Assembly (NCBI GenBank): GCA_031380185.1
Contig: JANNFT010000253.1
Coordinates: 1-45,439, forward strand
DNA: 45,439 nucleotides
Origin: Pseudomonadota bacterium
GTDB lineage: Bacteria > Pseudomonadota > Gammaproteobacteria > Burkholderiales > JALYOK01
Direction: 5' to 3'
Shown here: one piece after another, positions 1-8,899 of the stretch
Layout of the letters: each line of letters starts with the position of its first letter
How positions within the stretch are numbered: the first letter of the stretch is position 1
Position numbers and translations under genes: made by a program
Notes under the pieces: model-generated
The model's input: only the letters and a program-made list of their open reading frames with translations
Told to the model about the DNA's origin: nothing
Databases searched by the model: none

Positions 1-72
1 TTCAACGGCGCGCTTGAAGCGGCGCAGCGCAACGTCAAACGGTTCATTCTCTTTTACACGTACGGTCGGCAT
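1..72 (-). CDS. rpsU: 30S ribosomal protein S21, N-terminal 24 codons (gene continues beyond the window start)
   Basis: Reading the minus strand from the ATG at 72..70 gives [24 protein letters not shown], the conserved S21 N-terminus. It is absent from the ORF track because it is truncated by the window edge. Confidence 0.8.
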   Translation of the reverse strand, partial: MPTVRVKENEPFDVALRRFKRAVE

Positions 73-284
73 GAAACTCCCTTCAAAGCGTTAGAGCGGA
101 AAAACGGACGATTATACCTGAATTATTCCCGAACAAAGGGAATGCCGTTGGCGTGACCAGATTGGATAATCTTTGCCGATCCCCTCGCGCCTGATTCAAC
201 CTTGCGCCTTGAAGGGGTAACCCTAGGCTAGCTCGTATTCCATGCGGTCTACACCAATGGCTGTTGCGCGGCGCGACAACCTGA

Positions 285-662
285 TTACTTCTGGGCCGGC
301 CCACAGTAGACCGGCACAATCAGCGACACCCCGATACTATTTTGTGTCAATGGATTGCTGTTGTCATAGTTGAGGCAATAGGTAACCAACGCACCTTTAA
401 CTTTCACACGCCCCTGCCCGCGGTCACCTTTGATTTCCTCTATGGCCCGCCGGTCTTTCTCCAACTCTTGTTTCAGGCGCTTCTCCGGATCGATCTTTAG
501 TGGCTGATCCTCTTCCGGACGCACGCCTTCGACCGTAATTGATTCCAGTTCAGGTACCTGGGGCGGCGGCTCAACGCTCTTATCCGCGGCATACGCGATG
601 CCGATCCAGGACGCCATTGCGAGCACCGGTACAAGAATCCGATAACAGCTTTTCGTCAACAT
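285..662 (-). CDS. small secreted hypothetical protein
   Basis: 125-aa ORF with a signal-peptide-like N-terminus (VLAMASWIGIAYA/ADK). Its ATG directly abuts the TAA stop of the upstream M48 gene, which suggests co-transcription. No family recognised. Confidence 0.5.
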   Translation of the reverse strand: MLTKSCYRILVPVLAMASWIGIAYAADKSVEPPPQVPELESITVEGVRPEEDQPLKIDPEKRLKQELEKDRRAIEEIKGDRGQGRVKVKGALVTYCLNYDNSNPLTQNSIGVSLIVPVYCGPAQK

Positions 663-1460
663 TTAGGGCCTCAGTCCGGTTGGGACGCCATTGGGAAACA
701 AATCATTTAGCTCTTCTTTAATTTTCTGAACGCGGTTCTCAGGGCTCGGATGACTGCTGGCAAATTCCGGCTGGCGGCTGCCGCCAGAAGCTTGCGCTAA
801 AATCTCCATCACGTCGATTAGTGCGCGCGGGTCATAACCGGCCTCGGACATCAAACGCAGGCCGAGCTTATCCGACTCAAGTTCGTCGGCGCGGCCGTAT
901 TTCATATTGATGAGCCCGGCAACCATTTGCGCCATCTGCGCGCCACCGCCGGTCGGGTCGACGCCAATCACAGCCGCCGTGGTCAGTCCCGACGTCAACT
1001 TTTGTTTTGCCATATGCTCGGCGGAATGGCGAGCTAACACGTGACCTACTTCGTGGCCTAATATACCCGCCAATTGCCCGTCGGTTTTAAGCCGGTCAAG
1101 CAAGGCTTCGGTAATGAAAATTTGTCCGCCCGGCAATGCGAAGGCATTCACAGTCCGCTGATCAGCGAGAAGTTGAAATTTAAATTGATATTTGGATTTC
1201 TTGGCCACTGACTGCTGCACAACCTCATTGCCGATTTGTTCGACCAATTTCCTCTTGTGCGCATTACGCGAAAAACCGCCAAATTGTTTTGCCATCTCCG
1301 GCGCAGATTGCAAGCCGATCGCGATTTCTTCTTCCTCGCTCATACCGATGTGCTGCTTCTCGCCCGTAATGGGGTTGTGACTGGTCGAGCTGAAATAGGA
1401 AATCACCGAAAATGCGGCAATCACCAACGCAATAATGATGCGGGTTTTCAATCCACCCAT
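663..1460 (-). CDS. M48-family zinc metalloprotease, membrane anchored
   Basis: HEXXH zinc motif in GILGHEVGHVLARH, a downstream ELESD acidic region and an N-terminal TM helix (IIIALVIAAFSVISYF). Confidence 0.85.
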   Translation of the reverse strand: MGGLKTRIIIALVIAAFSVISYFSSTSHNPITGEKQHIGMSEEEEIAIGLQSAPEMAKQFGGFSRNAHKRKLVEQIGNEVVQQSVAKKSKYQFKFQLLADQRTVNAFALPGGQIFITEALLDRLKTDGQLAGILGHEVGHVLARHSAEHMAKQKLTSGLTTAAVIGVDPTGGGAQMAQMVAGLINMKYGRADELESDKLGLRLMSEAGYDPRALIDVMEILAQASGGSRQPEFASSHPSPENRVQKIKEELNDLFPNGVPTGLRP

Positions 1461-1558
1461 AAACCGTCTCCGTTAGCTTTTTTTCTACGCACTTGATTCA
1501 CACTACTTTAACATCCGAAGTCGTTGCCAAATGGGCTTAGCATACTCGTCTTCGCGTG

Positions 1559-2431
1559 CTAAGAAAACAAATTTGCCACGCCATCCAAACCCACAAAGTC
1601 CAGGCAATAGCGAGCGTGCGACCGAAGCACTGCCTTGGGGCGATAGCCAATACCGGCGCCGACGGCATCGAACATAGCACGATCATTGGCGCCGTCTCCT
1701 ATGGCAATCACCTGCTCGGGATCGACGACGCCAAGCAGCCCACTGATTTCTCGGACTTTCGCCGCCTTGGCCGTGGGATCAAGCATGGGACCGAGTAAGT
1801 GGCCGGTTAGTTTGCCATCGACAATTTCTAGTTCGTTGGCGAAGGCGAAATCCAAGCCGAGTCGTTGTTTTAGCCTTTCGCTAAAATAGCTAAAGCCGCC
1901 TGAAACCAGCATGGTCTTGATACCGTGCACCTTAAGCGTCGCGATGAATTTTTCCACACCGGGATTGAGCGCGACACGCTCTTCATAAACCCGCGCAAGC
2001 GCGCGCGCATCCAATCCCGTAAGCATCGAAACTCTCAGACGCAAACTCTCACTAAAATCCACCGCCCCATTCATCGACTGTTCCGTAATGGCCGCGATCT
2101 CCCGTTTCAACCCTACGTAATCCGCCACCTCGTCCAACGATTCGATATTGATCAAAGTTGAATCCATATCCATCGCGACGAGTTTGAAATCTGATAATTT
2201 CAGCGTCGCGGGCACCAAGGCAAAATCTAACTTAAATTCATTGCATAACGATTGAAGTTCGGCTCGGGGCCGCGCGTTCAGCAATTTGAATAGGTTTGGC
2301 GCGGGGCAATCGATCCGCGTCGCGCCGGTCAACCGCGCGATCGCCTCAACATCGCGTCGCGCCGCCGCCAATCCCTGCAATACCAGATAGGTATCGCGCT
2401 TTTGATTCTCAATATGGGCTGGCAATGTCAT
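1559..2431 (-). CDS. serB: phosphoserine phosphatase
   Basis: HAD motif I (AMDMDSTLI), C-terminal GDGANDRAM and an N-terminal regulatory extension of about 80 aa. The start overlaps the mfd stop by 4 nt. Confidence 0.85.
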   Translation of the reverse strand: MTLPAHIENQKRDTYLVLQGLAAARRDVEAIARLTGATRIDCPAPNLFKLLNARPRAELQSLCNEFKLDFALVPATLKLSDFKLVAMDMDSTLINIESLDEVADYVGLKREIAAITEQSMNGAVDFSESLRLRVSMLTGLDARALARVYEERVALNPGVEKFIATLKVHGIKTMLVSGGFSYFSERLKQRLGLDFAFANELEIVDGKLTGHLLGPMLDPTAKAAKVREISGLLGVVDPEQVIAIGDGANDRAMFDAVGAGIGYRPKAVLRSHARYCLDFVGLDGVANLFS

Positions 2432-5400
2432 TGGAATTCGCTTAACAGCGCCCTCACCCGCCCAATGCGCTTTTCTAAATCGGGAATCGCTTCGATGACC
2501 TTCAATTTGTCCGGCCCGGCCAATTTGTAATGCCGATTTCGTTGAATAAGTTGGATCACTCGCGCGGCGTCGATGGGCGGATTGGGAATAAATTGCAACT
2601 GAATAGCATCCAAACTCGCGTCGATTTTTGCCACGCCCACTACTTTCGCCAACACGCGCAATCGATGACTCTCAAGCAAGGCCTTCACGGGCGTGGTCGG
2701 CAGACCGAAACGATCGATCATTTCTTCCTGCAACTCACTGAGTTCCTCCAAGGTTTGGCAGCTTGCCAAGCGCTTGTACAAAACCAATCGCTCATGCACG
2801 TCGCCGCAATAGTCGTTCGGCAACAATGCCGGCACATGGAGATTAATTTCGGTTGTGAAATCCAGTGGCGCACCAACATCCCAAACTTTGCCTTGCTTGA
2901 GCGCCCGCACCGCGGAATTAAGCATCTCGACATACAGGTTAAAGCCGATTTCCTGAATCTCGCCACTTTGCGAATCGCCGAGGATCTCCCCCGCACCGCG
3001 AATCTCTAAGTCGTGCATGGCCAAGAAAAATCCCGAACCTAGATCTTCCATCATCTGAATCGCTTCCAATCGCTTTTTTGCTTGCGCCGTCAGGGAATCT
3101 TCCGGCGGCGTTAGCAAATAAGCGTAAGCTTGATGATGCGAACGGCCAACCCGTCCGCGCAATTGATGTAATTGCGCCAAACCAAATTTATCGGCGCGCT
3201 CGATCAGAATGGTGTTCGCCGTTGGCACGTCGATACCGGTTTCAATGATCGTGGAGCAAAGCAACACGTTGAAATGTTGCTGATAAAAATCCCGCATTAC
3301 TTGCTCAAGTTCTCGTTCACGCAACTGGCCGTGGGCAACGGCGATGCGCGCCTCGGGAAGCAAGCCTGCGAGCTTCTCATAGGCAAGCTGAATCGTGTCG
3401 ACGTCATTGTGCAGAAAATATACCTGCCCGCCACGCTTCAATTCGCGTAACACAGCTTCGCGAATAATGCCCATGCTGTAGGGGTAAACAAACGTTTTAA
3501 TCGACAGCCGTTTCTGCGGCGCGGTCGCGATGACAGAAAAATCCCGCAGCCCCTCCATCGACATCGCCAACGTGCGCGGAATCGGCGTCGCGGTCAGCGT
3601 TAACACGTCAACTTCCGCACGCATGGATTTTAGTTGTTCTTTTTGGCGCACGCCAAAACGATGTTCTTCATCGATAATGGTCAAACCGAGGCGCATGAAC
3701 TTCACGTCCTTTTGAATCAAGCGATGGGTGCCGATGACAATATCAATCGTTCCATCGGCCAATCCTGCCAATACCGTCGCCTGTTCTTTCGCCGAACGAA
3801 AACGCGAAATTTCAGCGATTTTCACCGGCCATTCGGCAAAGCGATCGGAGAAGTTTCCAAAGTGTTGTTCCGCGAGCAAGGTGGTCGGAACCAAAATCGC
3901 CACCTGTTTGCCTCCCGATACCGCCATAAATGCAGCACGCATCGCAACTTCAGTTTTTCCAAATCCGACGTCGCCGCACACAAGGCGATCCATCGGTTTG
4001 CCGGCTTTCATGTCCTCGATCACGGCCATAATTGCCGCCGCTTGGTCAGGCGTTTCCTCGAACTGAAATCCCGCCACGAAATTGTCGTAATCTATAGCAT
4101 GAAATGCGAATGCGAACCCCTCACGCGCGGCGCGCTGGGCGTAAAGATGCAGCAGTTCGGCTGCGGTATCGCGCACCTGTTCGGCGGCTTTGCGTTTAGC
4201 TTTTTCCCATTGACCGCTACCGAGCCGATGTAGTGGCGCGGCGTCGGGACTCGCTCCACTATAACGGCTGATTTGGTGCAGTTGAGCGACTGGAATATAA
4301 AGTTTGTCGCTACCGCCATACTCTAAATGCAAAAATTCTGTTTCACCCTCGCCGAGATCCAAATTGACCAGACCAAGATATCGTCCAATTCCATGTTGCG
4401 CATGCACTACGGGATCGCCGACACGCACTTCCGACAGATCGCGCAGCATGCCTTCGGAGGTGACTTTGCGCACATCGCGACGCCTAGTCTGTTTGATTTG
4501 TGTCGCGTAAAGCTCATTTTCGGTGGCAACGGCCCAATGTGGCTGGGTCAATATGAAACCAGTCGCAAGCGGCGCTACCGTCAACATAATGCGCTCGCCA
4601 CTTGCGACGAACGCAGCGTAATCATCGCAGGTCGTGGGCTTCAGTCCATGACGTCCAAACGATTCGAGCAAGGTCTCGCGTCGGCCAAGGCTTTCCGCCG
4701 CCAGTAGCACTCGACCCGGAAACGCCTCGACAAAGGCCGCTAATTTTTCGACCGGGTTATGCGCGCGCCGATCCACATCGAGTGCTGGCAGCGCGGTAGT
4801 CTCAAGCCGACCATCGTCCAGCGTATCCTGCCCCGGCGGCGCGCCAATCGCCGGCAGATCGATGCGTGCGAACGGTTTGAGCCCGACAAAAAAATCCTCG
4901 GCGCGCAGAAATAAATCCGCCGGCTTCATAATGGGCCTCGTTCGGTCACCGCCCAATAACTCATGACGCGACTTCACATCGCGCCAAAACTGGTCAATCG
5001 CGTTCGTCACGTTATGATGAATACACAGCAGGGCATCGGCCGGAAGATAATCGAACAGCGTCGCTGTTGCGTCAAAAAATAGCGGTAGGTAATACTCAAT
5101 TCCGGCCGGAGCAATACCGTTGCTGACGTCTTTGTAAAGCACGCTTTTCGATGGATCGCCCTCGAATTTCTCGCGAAAATTTTGGCGAAACGCGCTGCGA
5201 CCGGCTTCGTCGAACGGAAATTCACGCGCCGGCAATAGCCGAATCTCTTGCACTGGATAAATACTGCGTTGGGTATCAACATCGAATGTGCGGATGGTCT
5301 CGATGTCCGAATCAAGCAAGTCAATTCGATAGGGCACTGCGCTTCCCATCGGGAAAAGATCGATCAATCCACCGCGCATGGCATATTCGCCTGGGCGCAA

Positions 5401-5862
5401 AACTTGACTGACGTTGGCATAGCCGGCGACGGTCAATTGCGAGCGCAAGCCAGGTAAATCCAATTTTTCGCCTTGCCGCAAGAAGAACGTGTGGGCCGCT
5501 AAAAATGCTTGCGGTGGTAGGCGATATAGCGCGGTTGTAATCGGGACCAGCGCGATATCGCAGGCGTTGCGCGAAAACTGATAAAGCGTTGCGAGCCGCT
5601 CGGAGATCAAATCCTGGTGTGGTGAAATTTGGTCGTAGGGTAACGTTTCCCAATCGGGCAACAGATGAATTGATTTTTTCGGATCGAACCACGCTATTTC
5701 GGCACGCAAACGTTGCGCTTGCCATGCGCTCTCGGTGATAACGACCAACGGCCGGTGTTTAGCCGCCAGGTCCGCGAGCACTAATGCATCCGAGGAACCA
5801 ACGAGCGGCGGAAGGTTTTGGTGGCGAGAAAAAGCGTTAAAGCGAAAATCCGGGGTATTCAT
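2428..5862 (-). CDS. mfd: transcription-repair coupling factor
   Basis: 1144 aa. CarD-like RNAP-interaction segment (GDPVVHAQHGIGRY), SF2 helicase motifs (GDVGFGKTEV, IIDEEHRFG) and a C-terminal TRCF domain. Confidence 0.95.
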   Translation of the reverse strand: MNTPDFRFNAFSRHQNLPPLVGSSDALVLADLAAKHRPLVVITESAWQAQRLRAEIAWFDPKKSIHLLPDWETLPYDQISPHQDLISERLATLYQFSRNACDIALVPITTALYRLPPQAFLAAHTFFLRQGEKLDLPGLRSQLTVAGYANVSQVLRPGEYAMRGGLIDLFPMGSAVPYRIDLLDSDIETIRTFDVDTQRSIYPVQEIRLLPAREFPFDEAGRSAFRQNFREKFEGDPSKSVLYKDVSNGIAPAGIEYYLPLFFDATATLFDYLPADALLCIHHNVTNAIDQFWRDVKSRHELLGGDRTRPIMKPADLFLRAEDFFVGLKPFARIDLPAIGAPPGQDTLDDGRLETTALPALDVDRRAHNPVEKLAAFVEAFPGRVLLAAESLGRRETLLESFGRHGLKPTTCDDYAAFVASGERIMLTVAPLATGFILTQPHWAVATENELYATQIKQTRRRDVRKVTSEGMLRDLSEVRVGDPVVHAQHGIGRYLGLVNLDLGEGETEFLHLEYGGSDKLYIPVAQLHQISRYSGASPDAAPLHRLGSGQWEKAKRKAAEQVRDTAAELLHLYAQRAAREGFAFAFHAIDYDNFVAGFQFEETPDQAAAIMAVIEDMKAGKPMDRLVCGDVGFGKTEVAMRAAFMAVSGGKQVAILVPTTLLAEQHFGNFSDRFAEWPVKIAEISRFRSAKEQATVLAGLADGTIDIVIGTHRLIQKDVKFMRLGLTIIDEEHRFGVRQKEQLKSMRAEVDVLTLTATPIPRTLAMSMEGLRDFSVIATAPQKRLSIKTFVYPYSMGIIREAVLRELKRGGQVYFLHNDVDTIQLAYEKLAGLLPEARIAVAHGQLRERELEQVMRDFYQQHFNVLLCSTIIETGIDVPTANTILIERADKFGLAQLHQLRGRVGRSHHQAYAYLLTPPEDSLTAQAKKRLEAIQMMEDLGSGFFLAMHDLEIRGAGEILGDSQSGEIQEIGFNLYVEMLNSAVRALKQGKVWDVGAPLDFTTEINLHVPALLPNDYCGDVHERLVLYKRLASCQTLEELSELQEEMIDRFGLPTTPVKALLESHRLRVLAKVVGVAKIDASLDAIQLQFIPNPPIDAARVIQLIQRNRHYKLAGPDKLKVIEAIPDLEKRIGRVRALLSEFQ

Positions 5863-5964
5863 GGCGAGGGCGCATTATACGTCCATCGCTCTCACCAGAC
5901 TTGCCGAAACTATCTTGGTGCCGGCATATTTGACCTTCCGAGCGTCGCGTGATGAATAGGTGGA

Positions 5965-7293
5965 CTAGCCGTTGAAGTGTTTCTCGATATACGCGAGCAG
6001 GCTTGCGGCAGATTCAAAGCGATCTGCAGGGGACTTCGCGACCGCGCGATCTAATAGCGCCTGATAACGCGATAGACTTACAGGTAAAGACGGAATAGGA
6101 TCGTTGAGATGTTTATATACCAGAGCAACCGCGTTTTCAGCGGTGTACATGCGCCGGCTCGTTAGCATTTCGTAGAAAATCACGCCCAAACTATACAAAT
6201 CGCTGCGCGCGTCCAAAATTCTTCCGGTGCCCTGTTCGGGGCTCATGTAATAAGGTGTGCCGAACACTTGACCATGCTCGGTCAGTTGCGTTTCTTCTGA
6301 TGCAATCTTGGCGATACCGAAATCCAGAATGCCGAGGGAACCGTCAGCGCGAAACATAATGTTTTGTGGCTTTAAATCGCGATGAATAACCTCCGCCGCG
6401 TGAATCGCCCGCAAACCCTTCGCCATCAGCGCCATCAACGCAACCGCTTCGTCGGGCGCCATGCCGCGATCGATGCGTTCCTTCAGATCACCGCCAGCGA
6501 AATATTCCATCGCGATATAGACATGTTGATCGGTATAACCTTGATCGAAAATTTTGACGATTTGGGGATTTGAAAGTTTCGACAAAATCCCGTATTCACG
6601 AATGAAACGACGCAAAAATTCATTTTCACGTGACAAGTCTGCGTTCAATATTTTCAGCACGATTGGCATACTGTCCGACTGCCGCTGCGCGAGATATACC
6701 GATGACATCCCGCCGGAACCGATCTTGTGCTCGACGCTGTAACCGGAAATTTCCAATTGCGGCGATCGTCCCGCCAGCTTGTTCTCGGCCGCCATCGCAT
6801 CGCGAATCGAAATCGGTTGAGTCTTGGCTTCGACTGAGTCATCGGGCAAGGGTAAGTCAGGCAAATCGAAGGCGAGTCGTGGTGGCGCAATCGCGCTCTC
6901 GGCTATTGCGTCCTTCAACGATCCCACCAAGCGGCCTTGTGACAGATCATGCTTACGCAAATAATCGTGGGCGCCCGCTTTTAGTGCTCTGACCGCGATC
7001 TCTTCGCTTCCTTGACCGGTCATAAAAATGATCGGCGGACAATCCGCTTGGCGTCGGAATTCCTTCAGCCACATAAGGCCATCCTCGCTTCCCAACATAT
7101 AGTCGAGCAAGACCGCGTCGTAAGCGCGCCAGGACAAATCCGCGCCGGGCTTTCCACGCGTTATTGGATCCCAGTCTTCGATTATTGCGCCCGGCCATTC
7201 CACCAAGATGTAGTGCCGCACCAACAGGCGCATGTCCTCCGAATCATCAATAATCAGAATTGACGGAGAATGTATGCTCGTCGCTATATTCAT
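5965..7293 (-). CDS. response-regulator receiver domain fused to a Hanks-type Ser/Thr protein kinase
   Basis: N-terminal REC (ILIIDDSED, AVLLDYML, IIFMTGQG, DYLRK). C-terminal kinase with a glycine loop (IGSGGMSSVY), VLKIL lysine, HRDLKPQNIM, DFGIAK and GTPYYMSPEQ. Confidence 0.85.
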   Translation of the reverse strand: MNIATSIHSPSILIIDDSEDMRLLVRHYILVEWPGAIIEDWDPITRGKPGADLSWRAYDAVLLDYMLGSEDGLMWLKEFRRQADCPPIIFMTGQGSEEIAVRALKAGAHDYLRKHDLSQGRLVGSLKDAIAESAIAPPRLAFDLPDLPLPDDSVEAKTQPISIRDAMAAENKLAGRSPQLEISGYSVEHKIGSGGMSSVYLAQRQSDSMPIVLKILNADLSRENEFLRRFIREYGILSKLSNPQIVKIFDQGYTDQHVYIAMEYFAGGDLKERIDRGMAPDEAVALMALMAKGLRAIHAAEVIHRDLKPQNIMFRADGSLGILDFGIAKIASEETQLTEHGQVFGTPYYMSPEQGTGRILDARSDLYSLGVIFYEMLTSRRMYTAENAVALVYKHLNDPIPSLPVSLSRYQALLDRAVAKSPADRFESAASLLAYIEKHFNG

Positions 7294-7383
7294 GATCCGC
7301 TTTTTGCCGTGGGAAAATCACAACGAGGGTGGAACGCGCGAATTTCGGCGCTACCAATGCGCATATATTGCCGAAAACGATTT

Positions 7384-8607
7384 CTAGGCATCGCGTCCGA
7401 CACGTATGCGATACACCGGTACCGGCGCGGATTTTCCCTTAAAAGTCATGGGCGGCAGCGATTCGGGCTGCAAGTTATCTACCTGGGTGTCGAGCGTTGC
7501 ACGCACCGATTCGGAGATAAGAATTTCATTTGCCTTGGCGTTCTGCATAAGTCGCGCCGCGACGTTGACCGCGTCACCAATGATGGTGTAACTCATATAG
7601 GTGGGCGAACCGACGTTTCCGGCGATCGCTTCGCCGCGGCAAATTCCAACGCCCAGTCCGACCTCGATGCCGTACGTGTCGCGCCACTCCGCGACGGGGG
7701 TTTGGAATCGTTTGATCATGTCGGCCGCGGCATTTACTGCGCGCTCGGCACTGTCCGATTGCGCCAACGGCACGCCGAATCCCACCAGTAGACTATCGCC
7801 CGCCATATTAAAAACCGTTCCTTCGTACTCGTATGCAACCGAAGTAATAAGCGTGAAAAAAATATTCAATAGCTCGACCACTTTACTCGGTTCAAGCTTT
7901 TCTGCGATGCCGGTAAAGCCACGCATATCGGCGAACAAGGCCACCACTTCCAAGCGTAACATGCGATCAAGCGGGTTTTCGCGTTGATCACCTTGCTCCA
8001 AAATTTCTTTGACCAGTTTGGGTGACACATAACGCTCGAACATGCGATGGATCCATTGCCGCTGTTCAATTTCTCGCGCCAGACGCGCCTCTTCTAAGGC
8101 CCGACGCGCTTCCGCGAGCCGCATCAACGAGCGTACTCGCGCCACCAGTTCTTCGGCGTACACCGGCTTGGACAGAAAGTCATCGGCGCCCGCATCGATA
8201 CCGGCGAGGCGATCTTGCTTGCTGTGCAATCCGGTGATTAATACCAATGGGATGTCCAGCGTCTCTGGATCCGCTTTTAGGCGTCGGCAAATTTCAAAGC
8301 CGCTTGCGCCCGGCATAATGACATCCATCAAAATCACATCCGGCTTGGCGAATGCAATTGAATCCAGCGCCTCTTCGCCGTTACTCGCCTGGCGAACCTG
8401 GTGACCCGCCTGGCTGAGATAGCGCACGATTAAAGCGCGATTGTCGTCCTGATCATCGACGACCAGCACATGGCCCCGCCCTTTCGCGCCCGTAAGTGCG
8501 GACGTGGAATGGCTGGTATAGGAACGCGGCACGACCTCGGACAAGTCTAACCCGCCGGGAATTCGCGTCTTTTCGTCAAGAAACATAGCGTACTTCGACA
8601 CTGGCAA
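7384..8607 (-). CDS. response-regulator receiver domain fused to a class III adenylate/guanylate cyclase
   Basis: REC (VLVVDDQDDNR, VILMDVIMPG, LVLITG, DDFLSKP), a coiled linker, then a cyclase domain (VVALFADMRGFTGI, MAGDSLLVGFG, YTIIGDAVNVAARL). The listed start overlaps the Hpt gene by 32 nt. An alternative ATG at 8586 (MFLDEK) still overlaps by 11 nt. Confidence 0.85.
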   Translation of the reverse strand: MPVSKYAMFLDEKTRIPGGLDLSEVVPRSYTSHSTSALTGAKGRGHVLVVDDQDDNRALIVRYLSQAGHQVRQASNGEEALDSIAFAKPDVILMDVIMPGASGFEICRRLKADPETLDIPLVLITGLHSKQDRLAGIDAGADDFLSKPVYAEELVARVRSLMRLAEARRALEEARLAREIEQRQWIHRMFERYVSPKLVKEILEQGDQRENPLDRMLRLEVVALFADMRGFTGIAEKLEPSKVVELLNIFFTLITSVAYEYEGTVFNMAGDSLLVGFGVPLAQSDSAERAVNAAADMIKRFQTPVAEWRDTYGIEVGLGVGICRGEAIAGNVGSPTYMSYTIIGDAVNVAARLMQNAKANEILISESVRATLDTQVDNLQPESLPPMTFKGKSAPVPVYRIRVGRDA

Positions 8608-8893
8608 GATACTGCCGGTATTGATCTAGCAAGTTGCGAACCGCGTCTTGGTCGCCATCCTTCGCCGCCGCTTCGATGTGCTTGCCAAATTCGGTAATGT
8701 CTGCAAAACCGTAGCCGCCTCCGACACCCTTCATGTTGTGACCCACAATGCGCAACGCATTGTTATCGGCGCGCTCCAAAGCCGTGATGATTTGTTGAAT
8801 GTCTTTCTGCCGATTGGCCAAAAAATTGGGCACTAAATCAGCCAGTTCGACGTCCACTTCAACAATAATTTTCTGCGTCATGGTATGTTCCAA
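8576..8893 (-). CDS. histidine phosphotransfer (Hpt) domain protein
   Basis: Small helical ORF with the Hpt signature HNMKGVGGGYGF. The track start at 8893 is a TTG; the in-frame ATG at 8881 (MTQKIIVEV) is an equally plausible start. It lies 6 nt downstream of the hybrid kinase stop. Confidence 0.75.
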   Translation of the reverse strand: MEHTMTQKIIVEVDVELADLVPNFLANRQKDIQQIITALERADNNALRIVGHNMKGVGGGYGFADITEFGKHIEAAAKDGDQDAVRNLLDQYRQYLASVEVRYVS

Positions 8894-8899
8894 TTGGGT

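Noticed and set aside
83-319. 78-aa minus-strand ORF between rpsU and the small secreted-protein gene
   Set aside because: It is Arg/Pro-rich with low complexity and no SD. It lies in the rpsU upstream region and overlaps the 3' end of the 285..662 gene. It is most likely a non-coding promoter or leader region.
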